Shown here piece after piece: positions 1 through 7,412 of a stretch of 32,518 bases of DNA; the first letter of the stretch is position 1, and the number at the start of each line of letters is the position of its first letter. The position numbers were made by a program, and so were the translations under genes. A model generated the notes under the pieces. That model made no database searches. It had not been told where the DNA came from and worked only from the letters and a program-made list of their open reading frames with translations. The stretch is from Eubacteriales bacterium (GTDB lineage: Bacteria > Bacillota > Clostridia > Oscillospirales > CAG-382), in NCBI GenBank assembly GCA_028701715.1, contig JAQVQF010000002.1, positions 1-32,518 of the forward strand, read 5' to 3'.

Positions 1-46
1 GTTTTATTCCGGAACATCCTGTATTTATACCGGCATTGCGGAGAAA

Positions 47-640
47 ATGTACGATAAAGTGAAAGGCCCTCCCGACGACAGATTTTTTATGGAGGAAAAC
101 GAATATTATGAGGAAGGATATACAAAGAAAGAAGCCGTTGTTTCACGCGGAACATTTTTTGAAAAGCATTGCTTTGAGACTATAACCTGCGAATGTGAAA
201 CGCCGCGGCTTGCGCTTGTTCCGACCCCGCACTATATTTACGGAGCCGATAAATATATCGAATTCTTCTTCCCTGCCGAAAAATATTCCGACCTCACAAA
301 CCTTCGAGCTATCAAAGCGTTTATAAACGAGCAGCCGTTTGACATTAGAAAAGCGGAAGAAGGAACGAAAAACGAGGAAAAAGCGGGATTAATACGGCAA
401 AGCCTAATAAAAATAATGACCGCCGGTTATCTTAACGACAGCCGCGACCGCGACAAACAATTTGAAGGATCGGTTATAAAAGCTTCCCACGAAGGCGCAA
501 GGGTGATTTTAGATTGCGGAGCGGCGGGTTTCATTGCGGCCGACGACATCGAAGGTATGCTTGCCGCGGGGGACAGAATTGCCGTTAAGGTGAAAAATGC
601 AGCCTATAACACAGGTAAAATAACTTTTTATCTGTGCTGA
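47..640 (+). CDS. hypothetical protein, possibly truncated at the 5' window edge
   Basis: The ORF track gives 197 aa. The same frame stays open back to nt 2 (ttt tat tcc gga ... with no stop before ATG 47), so the true start may lie upstream of the window. No family recognised. The C-terminal ~55 aa (GSVIKASHEGARVILDCG...GDRIAVKVKNA) only weakly resembles an S1/OB fold. Confidence 0.45.
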   Translation: MYDKVKGPPDDRFFMEENEYYEEGYTKKEAVVSRGTFFEKHCFETITCECETPRLALVPTPHYIYGADKYIEFFFPAEKYSDLTNLRAIKAFINEQPFDIRKAEEGTKNEEKAGLIRQSLIKIMTAGYLNDSRDRDKQFEGSVIKASHEGARVILDCGAAGFIAADDIEGMLAAGDRIAVKVKNAAYNTGKITFYLC

Positions 641-705
641 AAATATGATTATCGACGCTTTATCCAAATTAAATCATTATAGAATGATTACAATACAAAC
701 AAAAT

Positions 706-721
706 TGTTTCACGTGAAACA
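706..721. promoter_or_regulatory. perfect 16-bp palindrome TGTTTCACGTGAAACA, candidate operator
   Basis: Read directly from the sequence: nt 706-721 equal their own reverse complement. The site lies in the 147-nt gap between ORF1 and the lipoprotein gene, 67 nt upstream of ATG 788. Confidence 0.3.
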
Positions 722-787
722 TTATTAAATAATATTCGGCATTAATGATATTACGCATATTTGGCGGAAACGCCGACGCGGAAAGGA

Positions 788-2254
788 ATGATCATAATAT
801 TGGTTTACGGCAAAAAAGCGCTGCTTTATATAATTCCATGCGCAATTATACTTTTTTCGGGCTGTGCGTCTGCCGGCAAAGGCATTGACACAGGTATATC
901 CGGTGTGGAAAAAATTAAAGACGAAAGCGGTAACGATCAAGTAAAATATGACAATTTGACTGCGGAAGAATGGCTCGGAACGCTGGACGGAGGAAATTAT
1001 AACGGATATCAATTTACTATAGCCACATCGCGACAATACCGCTTCGCTCCCGAGGAGCAAATGTCCGGCATGGTCAATCCGGCGATAAAAAAGCGCAACG
1101 AGCTTGTAAACGCCAAATACAATGTATCGTTGAAGGAGGTTTATTACGACGAATCGGAGCTTCAAACCGCGCTGTCCAATGCGGCGCTTGCGGGAACGCA
1201 GTTTTCCGATCTTGTTTCGGTGACGATGCCGACTATGGCGAATTTGGCGGCTTCCGGATTTCTGACCAATCTGTTTTCGGTCCCGTTTTTCAACGCGGAA
1301 GCCAGCTATCTTAATACGGATACCGTTAATAAATCCACGGTAAACGATTATATGTATGCCGTATATGACCGGGCGACGTTTTACCAGGAGGATTTTTGGT
1401 GTGTGTTTTATAACGAAGCCCTGCTGCCGGACGGTGCCGGCAACGAAATAACAAACGCGGTAAAAGCGGGAAGCTGGACATGGGATAAACTGATAAATTA
1501 TGCCGAACAAGCGGCGGCAGAGGTGATGGAAAAGCGTTCGCCCGATTATCAGACCGATATTTTCGGATTAGGCTCGTTTTCCGACAAAAACGGGTTTTCA
1601 ATAGCGGCCTTTATATCCTCCGGATTATCGCTTTTCGAGGATACTTATCATAAAAGCTTAAGCTATTCCATGGATTCCGACGCGGGCAACGAAGCCGCGG
1701 ACAAAATAAGAGGAATGATCGGCAGCAAATGCTATCTCGGTCTTTCCGGGGAAAACGCGTCAAAAGCCTTCCTTGAGGGCAGAACGGCTTTCTTTGTATA
1801 TCGCGTGGATTTTGCGAAAGCGGTTGCGGAAACGCAGCTTAGCTGGAACATAGCGCCTTTGCCTAAAATGACGGAGGGACAAAACGGATATCTTTCATAT
1901 GTCGGCTCCACTTCCGCCGGGCTTTCGGTACCGGCGTATCAGGCGGATTCGGCGAGGACGGGCAAGGTGTTAAACGCAATCCTGGCGGCTTCATATATAA
2001 ATCTTGACGATGCGATAAAAACAAATTATATAACCTTTTGCCTGCGTGATAACGACGCGGCCATAATGCTCTCCGAGATATTTAAAAATCCGGTTATAGA
2101 CATTGGGACAATATATGCCGAAGGATATGACAGACTGTCGTTTTTAACCGACGAGACCATTTTAAAAGCAATAACTCAGGATCTTTCGTTTGCGTATATG
2201 TATGTAAGCAACGCTTCGGCTTTGGCGGCTCTCAACGCAGACGAATTCAGATAA
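788..2254 (+). CDS. lipoprotein, extracellular solute-binding-protein-like (orphan)
   Basis: ORF 761-2254. I prefer ATG 788 because it gives a classic signal peptide plus lipobox (MIIILVYGKKALLYIIPCAIILFSG|C). TTG 761 remains possible, since GAAAGGA abuts ATG 788 too closely to be an ideal SD. The size (~488 aa) and overall look resemble large family-1 ABC substrate-binding lipoproteins. No permease or ATPase gene is adjacent. Confidence 0.5.
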   Translation: MIIILVYGKKALLYIIPCAIILFSGCASAGKGIDTGISGVEKIKDESGNDQVKYDNLTAEEWLGTLDGGNYNGYQFTIATSRQYRFAPEEQMSGMVNPAIKKRNELVNAKYNVSLKEVYYDESELQTALSNAALAGTQFSDLVSVTMPTMANLAASGFLTNLFSVPFFNAEASYLNTDTVNKSTVNDYMYAVYDRATFYQEDFWCVFYNEALLPDGAGNEITNAVKAGSWTWDKLINYAEQAAAEVMEKRSPDYQTDIFGLGSFSDKNGFSIAAFISSGLSLFEDTYHKSLSYSMDSDAGNEAADKIRGMIGSKCYLGLSGENASKAFLEGRTAFFVYRVDFAKAVAETQLSWNIAPLPKMTEGQNGYLSYVGSTSAGLSVPAYQADSARTGKVLNAILAASYINLDDAIKTNYITFCLRDNDAAIMLSEIFKNPVIDIGTIYAEGYDRLSFLTDETILKAITQDLSFAYMYVSNASALAALNADEFR

Positions 2255-2301
2255 GGCTTTAAAACAATATATTATTGATATAAAATATAAGAGGTGTTAT
2301 T

Positions 2302-3498
2302 ATGCTAAACAAAAAATCCGTGAGCGATATCAACGTAAAGGGTAAAAAAGTACTGGTGAGGTGCGATTTCAACGTACCTATAAAGGACGGTACCGTCACT
2401 GACGACAACAGAATCGTGGGTGCGCTGCCCACAATCAAATATTTGTTGAAAAATGACTCAAAGGTTATACTCTGCTCTCATTTGGGAAGACCCAAGGGCG
2501 AATTTAATATGAAATACACCCTTGCGCCCGTCGCGGCCAAGCTTTCGGATTATCTCGGAATCCCCGTGGTTCTTGCCAAAGACATTATCGGCGAAGACGC
2601 GAAGAAAAAAGCCGCCGCACTTAAAAACGGCGAAGTGCTTCTGCTTGAAAACGTGCGTTTTCATGCCGAAGAGGAAAAGAACGATCCGACTTTTGCGAAG
2701 GAGTTGGCTTCTCTTGCCGAAATATATGTCAACGACGCTTTCGGTACGGCTCACAGAGCGCACGCTTCCACAGCCGGTGTTGCTGATTATCTCCCCGCCG
2801 TATGCGGCTTCCTTATCCAGAAAGAGATAGATATAATGGGCAAGGCTCTTAACGATCCCGACAGACCGTTTGTTGCCATATTGGGCGGCGCAAAGGTTGC
2901 GGATAAGCTGAAGGTTATAGAAAATCTGCTTGGCAAGGTTGATACCCTTATCATAGGCGGAGGAATGGCATATACCTTCCTTGCGGCACAAGAAAAGGGC
3001 ATAGGAAAATCAATGCTTGACGCAGAAAAGGTTGATTACTGTAAGAAAATGCTTGCCGACGCAAAAGAAAAGGGCGTTAAGCTGCTGCTTCCCGTCGATA
3101 CCATTGTCGGCAAAGCCTTTCCCGATCCGATAGACGCGGAAATAACCGTTCATACGGTATGTACCTGCGAAATACCCGCCGACGAAATGGGACTTGATAT
3201 AGGAGAAAAGAGCGAAGCTCTGTTCGCCGATGCGATAAAGGGCGCAAAGACCGTTGTTTGGAACGGACCTATGGGCGTGTTTGAAAATCCCGTGCTTGCG
3301 AAAGGCACTATCGCCGTGGCAAAAGCTCTTGCCGAATCAAACGCCGTAACCATAGTTGGAGGGGGAGATTCGGCGGCTGCGGTTGAGCAGCTGGGATTTG
3401 CCGACAAAATAACCCATATTTCGACAGGCGGCGGCGCATCGCTTGAATTCCTCGAGGGGCTTGAGCTTCCCGGAATCTCCTGCTTAAACAATAAGTAA
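2302..3498 (+). CDS. pgk: phosphoglycerate kinase
   Basis: 398 aa. N-terminal [12 protein letters not shown], then [10 protein letters not shown], and C-terminal [13 protein letters not shown], all typical Pgk blocks. SD AGAGGTG lies 6 nt upstream. Confidence 0.97.
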   Translation: MLNKKSVSDINVKGKKVLVRCDFNVPIKDGTVTDDNRIVGALPTIKYLLKNDSKVILCSHLGRPKGEFNMKYTLAPVAAKLSDYLGIPVVLAKDIIGEDAKKKAAALKNGEVLLLENVRFHAEEEKNDPTFAKELASLAEIYVNDAFGTAHRAHASTAGVADYLPAVCGFLIQKEIDIMGKALNDPDRPFVAILGGAKVADKLKVIENLLGKVDTLIIGGGMAYTFLAAQEKGIGKSMLDAEKVDYCKKMLADAKEKGVKLLLPVDTIVGKAFPDPIDAEITVHTVCTCEIPADEMGLDIGEKSEALFADAIKGAKTVVWNGPMGVFENPVLAKGTIAVAKALAESNAVTIVGGGDSAAAVEQLGFADKITHISTGGGASLEFLEGLELPGISCLNNK

Positions 3499-3517
3499 TA
3501 TAGGAAAGGTTAAAAGA

Positions 3518-4294
3518 ATGAACAGACAGACAAGAAAAACGGTTATAGCCGGCAATTGGAAAATGAACAAAACCCCCGCAGAGGCGAAAGGGCTTATAGA
3601 CGCGATAAAAGCCGAAATATCCGGTAAAGATACCGGTTTATGTGAAATTATCGCCTGCGTTCCCTTCGTGGATCTTCAAACAGCGGTTGAAGCGGCAAAG
3701 GGTTCCGCGGTTAAAATAGGTGCGCAGAATGTTCACTGGGCGTCTTCGGGTGCTTTCACCGGGGAAATTTCCGCAGCCATGCTTAAGGAAATCGGCGTTG
3801 AATATGTTATTATCGGACATTCGGAAAGAAGACAATATTTCGGCGAAACGGACATAACGGTGAACAGCCGTGTAAAAGCCGCGCTCGAATCGGGGCTGAA
3901 AGTAATCCTTTGCGTCGGTGAGCTGCTTGCCGAAAGAGAACAGGGTGTTACCGCCGAGGTGGTGTCGCGTCAGACTAAAATTGATCTGCTCGGAATAACA
4001 GAAGCGCAGATGAAGGATATTATCATCGCATACGAGCCTGTGTGGGCTATAGGCACGGGAAAAACGGCGACTTCCGACCAGGCTGATGAGGTGTGCGGAT
4101 TTATAAGGGATGTGCTTGTTTCCTTATACGGTAAAAATGTTGCCGAGGCAACCACGATTCAATACGGCGGAAGCATGAACGCCAAAAACGCAGCGGAGTT
4201 GCTCTCTAAAATTAATGTAGACGGCGGTCTTATAGGCGGAGCTTCGCTTAAAGCTGATGACTTTGCCGTAATAATTGAAGCGGCACTTAATTGA
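3518..4294 (+). CDS. tpiA: triose-phosphate isomerase
   Basis: 258 aa with AGNWKMN, IIGHSERR, AYEPVWAIGTGKTA and GGASLK motifs. It starts 19 nt after pgk. Confidence 0.97.
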   Translation: MNRQTRKTVIAGNWKMNKTPAEAKGLIDAIKAEISGKDTGLCEIIACVPFVDLQTAVEAAKGSAVKIGAQNVHWASSGAFTGEISAAMLKEIGVEYVIIGHSERRQYFGETDITVNSRVKAALESGLKVILCVGELLAEREQGVTAEVVSRQTKIDLLGITEAQMKDIIIAYEPVWAIGTGKTATSDQADEVCGFIRDVLVSLYGKNVAEATTIQYGGSMNAKNAAELLSKINVDGGLIGGASLKADDFAVIIEAALN

Positions 4295-4310
4295 ATTAAG
4301 AACGGTCCAT

Positions 4311-4342
4311 AAAAAAAGTCCGGGGAAACCGGACTTTTCTTT
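4311..4342. terminator. bidirectional rho-independent terminator between tpiA and the convergent lipoprotein gene
   Basis: Stem AGTCCGG (4317-4323) pairs with CCGGACT (4329-4335) around loop GGAAA. An A7 run lies upstream and TTTTCTTT downstream, so it reads as hairpin plus U-tract on both strands. Confidence 0.8.
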
Positions 4343-4362
4343 GTGCTTAACGGTATTTATTA

Positions 4363-5685
4363 TTATTTGATTATATTATTTAGATTCATATCGGTTATAA
4401 AGTAAATAACATAATCCACATCGAGTGAAATTATTTCGTTTATATCAAATCCAAAATCCCATAAGGGCTTATAATATGAAGAATCGCAGCTTTCGGCAAG
4501 CCAGTCGAAAAGCATTATGGAATAGCTGTCGCGCAGCATAATAAATGAGGACTTGTTCTCACCGCTTTCGTTATGGAACTCCATATATTCCATACAGTCG
4601 TCGTTAATTCTGCTGCGGTCATCGGCGGAGTATTTCGGCAGGTTTACGGGGGTTTCAAAGGTTATGTATGAAAAAGTCGAATTAACCTTAAGGGCATATT
4701 CGTCAAGCCCCAGATCGTAGTAAAGATCACCGGCGGCGCGGTATTCGTTTGTAAAGCCGAATTCGCTTATTTCCCGTGCCGCGGAGCCGGTAAAGCCGTC
4801 GTTTACGAACTGATCGCAGAGAGCCTTGTAAGCAAAATACGCCGCATATTCGGTCCAGTGGGAATCGGTATGATGATATATCTCAAATTCCCCGCCTTTG
4901 AGAGAGCGTATTGTTTCTCCCATGTCTAAAACGATTGCGCCGCCTTCCGAAAGAGCCTCGGCTATCTCTTCGCGGTAGCACACCGTACCTTTTACGACAT
5001 CCTGCGGCATATATTCGGAATAAATCTCATTGGGATTGGGAATAAGGACATAAACGAGCTTGATACCGTGTTCCTCAAGCATATTCGTTCTTTCCGTTAT
5101 TTTACTCGTTATACGGTTTTTGCGGTTTGATGACAGCGTTTCGTTGTTGGTATATTGCGGTTCTGTGTTGGTAAAGAACAACCAGCCGTCCGAACCTATC
5201 CGAACAATGCTTTGGTACGGACATTCGTTGAAGCAGGTATATTTTATTGAGGTTGCCGCCGGTTCGGACACGGCCTTTCCGTCTGTTCTGGCATAAATAA
5301 AAGCGGGCTGGGGTGAATCGCCTTTTCCTACCGTGGTTTCTATAATAAAAGTGCCCTCATCGCTTGCTATGGTCTTTGTTATTATACCGTTTACGGTGAG
5401 ATAAACAACGCTTCCGATTTCACAGGTGCCGGATATGATTATGCGCGCGTCCGCGACCGTCAGATTTTCCACAATCTCGGGAGCTCCCGTGTGTTCCTCC
5501 AAGTCGGAAAATTCGGCAATAAGATTTTCGATTTCGTTTGTTTCCGATATGCTTTCCTCAGAATTCGAGGGTTCGGAGGATAAATCTGACGACACCGGAA
5601 AGCTGTTGTCGTCATTGGCGTCGGCGCATCCCCAGGAGGTGAGAAAAATCAAAACAGCTATAAGTACGCACACGGATTTTTTCAT
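4363..5685 (-). CDS. lipoprotein with AlgX/AlgJ (DHHW-type) SGNH-like O-acyltransferase domain
   Basis: 440 aa. Signal peptide ends in LTSWG|C, followed by a Ser/Glu/Asp-rich linker and a beta-rich domain. The C-terminal half carries YHHTDSHWT (the D-x-HW signature of AlgJ/AlgX/DHHW proteins) and upstream LIPNP. Confidence 0.6.
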   Translation of the reverse strand: MKKSVCVLIAVLIFLTSWGCADANDDNSFPVSSDLSSEPSNSEESISETNEIENLIAEFSDLEEHTGAPEIVENLTVADARIIISGTCEIGSVVYLTVNGIITKTIASDEGTFIIETTVGKGDSPQPAFIYARTDGKAVSEPAATSIKYTCFNECPYQSIVRIGSDGWLFFTNTEPQYTNNETLSSNRKNRITSKITERTNMLEEHGIKLVYVLIPNPNEIYSEYMPQDVVKGTVCYREEIAEALSEGGAIVLDMGETIRSLKGGEFEIYHHTDSHWTEYAAYFAYKALCDQFVNDGFTGSAAREISEFGFTNEYRAAGDLYYDLGLDEYALKVNSTFSYITFETPVNLPKYSADDRSRINDDCMEYMEFHNESGENKSSFIMLRDSYSIMLFDWLAESCDSSYYKPLWDFGFDINEIISLDVDYVIYFITDMNLNNIIK

Positions 5686-5782
5686 AATTCATAACCTTTC
5701 AAAGTAATCATAAATATTATAGCATATATAACGGCGCTTTTCAACAGTATGTTGTAAAATGAACATTGAATGAACGTGTTTA

Positions 5783-5811
5783 TTGACAGTCAGGGACGTT
5801 TGTGATAGAAT
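5783..5811 (+). promoter_or_regulatory. sigma-A type promoter: TTGACA-17 nt-TAGAAT with TGn extension
   Basis: TTGACA at 5783-5788, a 17-nt spacer, TGA at 5803-5805 and TAGAAT at 5806-5811. The SD AAAGGGG and ATG 5840 follow. The ORF-track start at 5783 is the TTG of the -35 hexamer itself. Confidence 0.6.
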
Positions 5812-5839
5812 ACCATATGTAAAAAGAAAGGGGATCATT

Positions 5840-7363
5840 ATGACCGCGGTTATAGTTAAGGTATATAAGCGTATATTAAAGCATCCGTTTCTTCTGCTTC
5901 TGTCGGCCTGTTTGCTTTCCGCATTGATTTTTGATTATTCCGCGGACAATTATACGCCCTTTTTTGTCGCTTTTTTATGTATAGCCGTCGTATTGCTGAC
6001 GGCACTTATGGTTTACTGGAAAAGCCACGGGGGACTTACCGAGGGCAGAATTGTTTTTCTTATTACCGCCGCGGCGTTTATTGTAAAACTGGCTTATGTT
6101 TTATATACCGGGCTTGGAGTGAGACAGCACGACATAGGCACCTTCAGGGTTGGCAGTAAATCGCATTCCGGATACATTTTCCGTCTTTATTCGGAACAAT
6201 CCTTCCCCGATTCAGTATCCGGACAGTATTATCACCCGCCGCTCCACTACATTATCGAAGCCGTATGGCTTAAGCTGCAGACCGCGCTCGGCGCGTCCTT
6301 TGAAACGGCACAGCACTATGTCACCGCATTAACGCTGTTCTATTCCTGCGCTTCGGGTTATATATCATATAAAATATTCAAAGAACTTAATTTAAACAAA
6401 AAAGCCGCGTGTATTTGTTATGCGACGGCGGCGCTTCATCCCGCGTTTATAATATTTGCCGCAAGCTACAACAATGACTGCCTTTCGGTGACATTGATGC
6501 TGTTCGCTTTGCTGTATCTTATCAGATGGTGGAAGAATCCCACGTTTTTCAATATTATCATGGTGGCTTTCGGCATCGGTTTCGGTATGATGACAAAGCT
6601 TTCCGCGGTTTATATAGCTCCCGCCGCGGCCGCTGTTTTTTTGATAAAATTTTTAAGCGAAAAACAAAAGCTGAAAAAAGTCGGCGAATTTGCCGTTTTC
6701 GGCGCAATTGCCATACCCGCAGGAACATGGTGGTCTTTCAGAATCCTTTATAAATTCCAGGCACGGCTCGGTTATGTTATGCGGCTTGGGACGAACCACG
6801 ATCAATATGTGGGCTTCCATTCCGTTTCGGACAGGCTTTTCAACCTGTTCGGAGGTCTTTCGGAAGGTATATATTTTGCCCGCGGGGAAAATTTCGGCAA
6901 TACCTGCCATGAATACAATATACCAAGCGCGGTATTGAAAACCTCCGTTTTCGGCGAATGGCACATGGGAGAGGGGCTGACCGTTACCGAGGTGCTGGCA
7001 TATATTCTGTTTATTGTGAACATAATCGTTATAGCGGCGTCGCTTTTCTGTATGCTTCATGCGCTCTTTAAAAAGTACGAAAAAGTGCCGAACGCGTTAA
7101 AAGCATGCCTGTATGTTTTATATGTTTCCATAATGGGAACCTATGTGAACTTCTGCTTCACACATGCGCACGATTGTACCATGGATTTCCGTTATATAGT
7201 CCCGGCTGTCGTCATCGGAGCGGCATTTATGGGAATGTTTATTTCGGACGAAACCGAAAGCCGTTTTAAAACGTATATTAAAAAGGGGATAATTTATGCG
7301 TCGGCAGTTTTCTGTGTATGTTCGGCGCTGCTTTACCTGCTTGCCAATTACGCCGCCAACTGA
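5840..7363 (+). CDS. polytopic membrane protein, GT-C fold glycosyltransferase (GT39 / ArnT / PMT_2-like)
   Basis: Start moved to ATG 5840 because of the SD and the promoter above. 507 aa with at least 10 hydrophobic helices. The first loop region GVRQHDIGTF...GYIFRLY...GQYYHPPLHYIIEA matches the pattern I recall for bacterial GT39-family proteins. Confidence 0.6.
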   Translation: MTAVIVKVYKRILKHPFLLLLSACLLSALIFDYSADNYTPFFVAFLCIAVVLLTALMVYWKSHGGLTEGRIVFLITAAAFIVKLAYVLYTGLGVRQHDIGTFRVGSKSHSGYIFRLYSEQSFPDSVSGQYYHPPLHYIIEAVWLKLQTALGASFETAQHYVTALTLFYSCASGYISYKIFKELNLNKKAACICYATAALHPAFIIFAASYNNDCLSVTLMLFALLYLIRWWKNPTFFNIIMVAFGIGFGMMTKLSAVYIAPAAAAVFLIKFLSEKQKLKKVGEFAVFGAIAIPAGTWWSFRILYKFQARLGYVMRLGTNHDQYVGFHSVSDRLFNLFGGLSEGIYFARGENFGNTCHEYNIPSAVLKTSVFGEWHMGEGLTVTEVLAYILFIVNIIVIAASLFCMLHALFKKYEKVPNALKACLYVLYVSIMGTYVNFCFTHAHDCTMDFRYIVPAVVIGAAFMGMFISDETESRFKTYIKKGIIYASAVFCVCSALLYLLANYAAN

Positions 7364-7412
7364 AATCCGGGGACTGTTCGCCGGTAATGCGGCAAAAGGA
7401 CGGATCGGATAA

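Noticed and set aside
672-689. AT-rich inverted repeat AATCATT-ATAG-AATGATT with a faint Fur-box flavour
   Set aside because: It has a 7-bp all-weak stem and even spacing rather than 7-1-7, and matches only about half of a Fur consensus. This is too weak to call. It is mentioned only as context for the 706-721 palindrome.
725-1510. 261-aa ORF on the - strand
   Set aside because: It is fully antisense to the lipoprotein gene, which has a clear signal peptide and lipobox. The translation is Arg/Ile/Phe-rich low complexity with no SD. It is a typical shadow ORF.
5783-5839. ORF-track N-terminal extensions: 5783 for the GT39-like gene, 14607 for GH78, 20189 for WYL, 21226 for VOC, 28570 for the Cthe_2159-like gene and 761 for the SBP-like gene
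   Set aside because: In each case a downstream ATG has a better SD and yields a sensible N-terminus (signal peptide, HTH, family-like start). 5783 is the -35 TTGACA itself. 20189 lies inside the GT2 coding region. 761 and 14607 remain possible alternatives.
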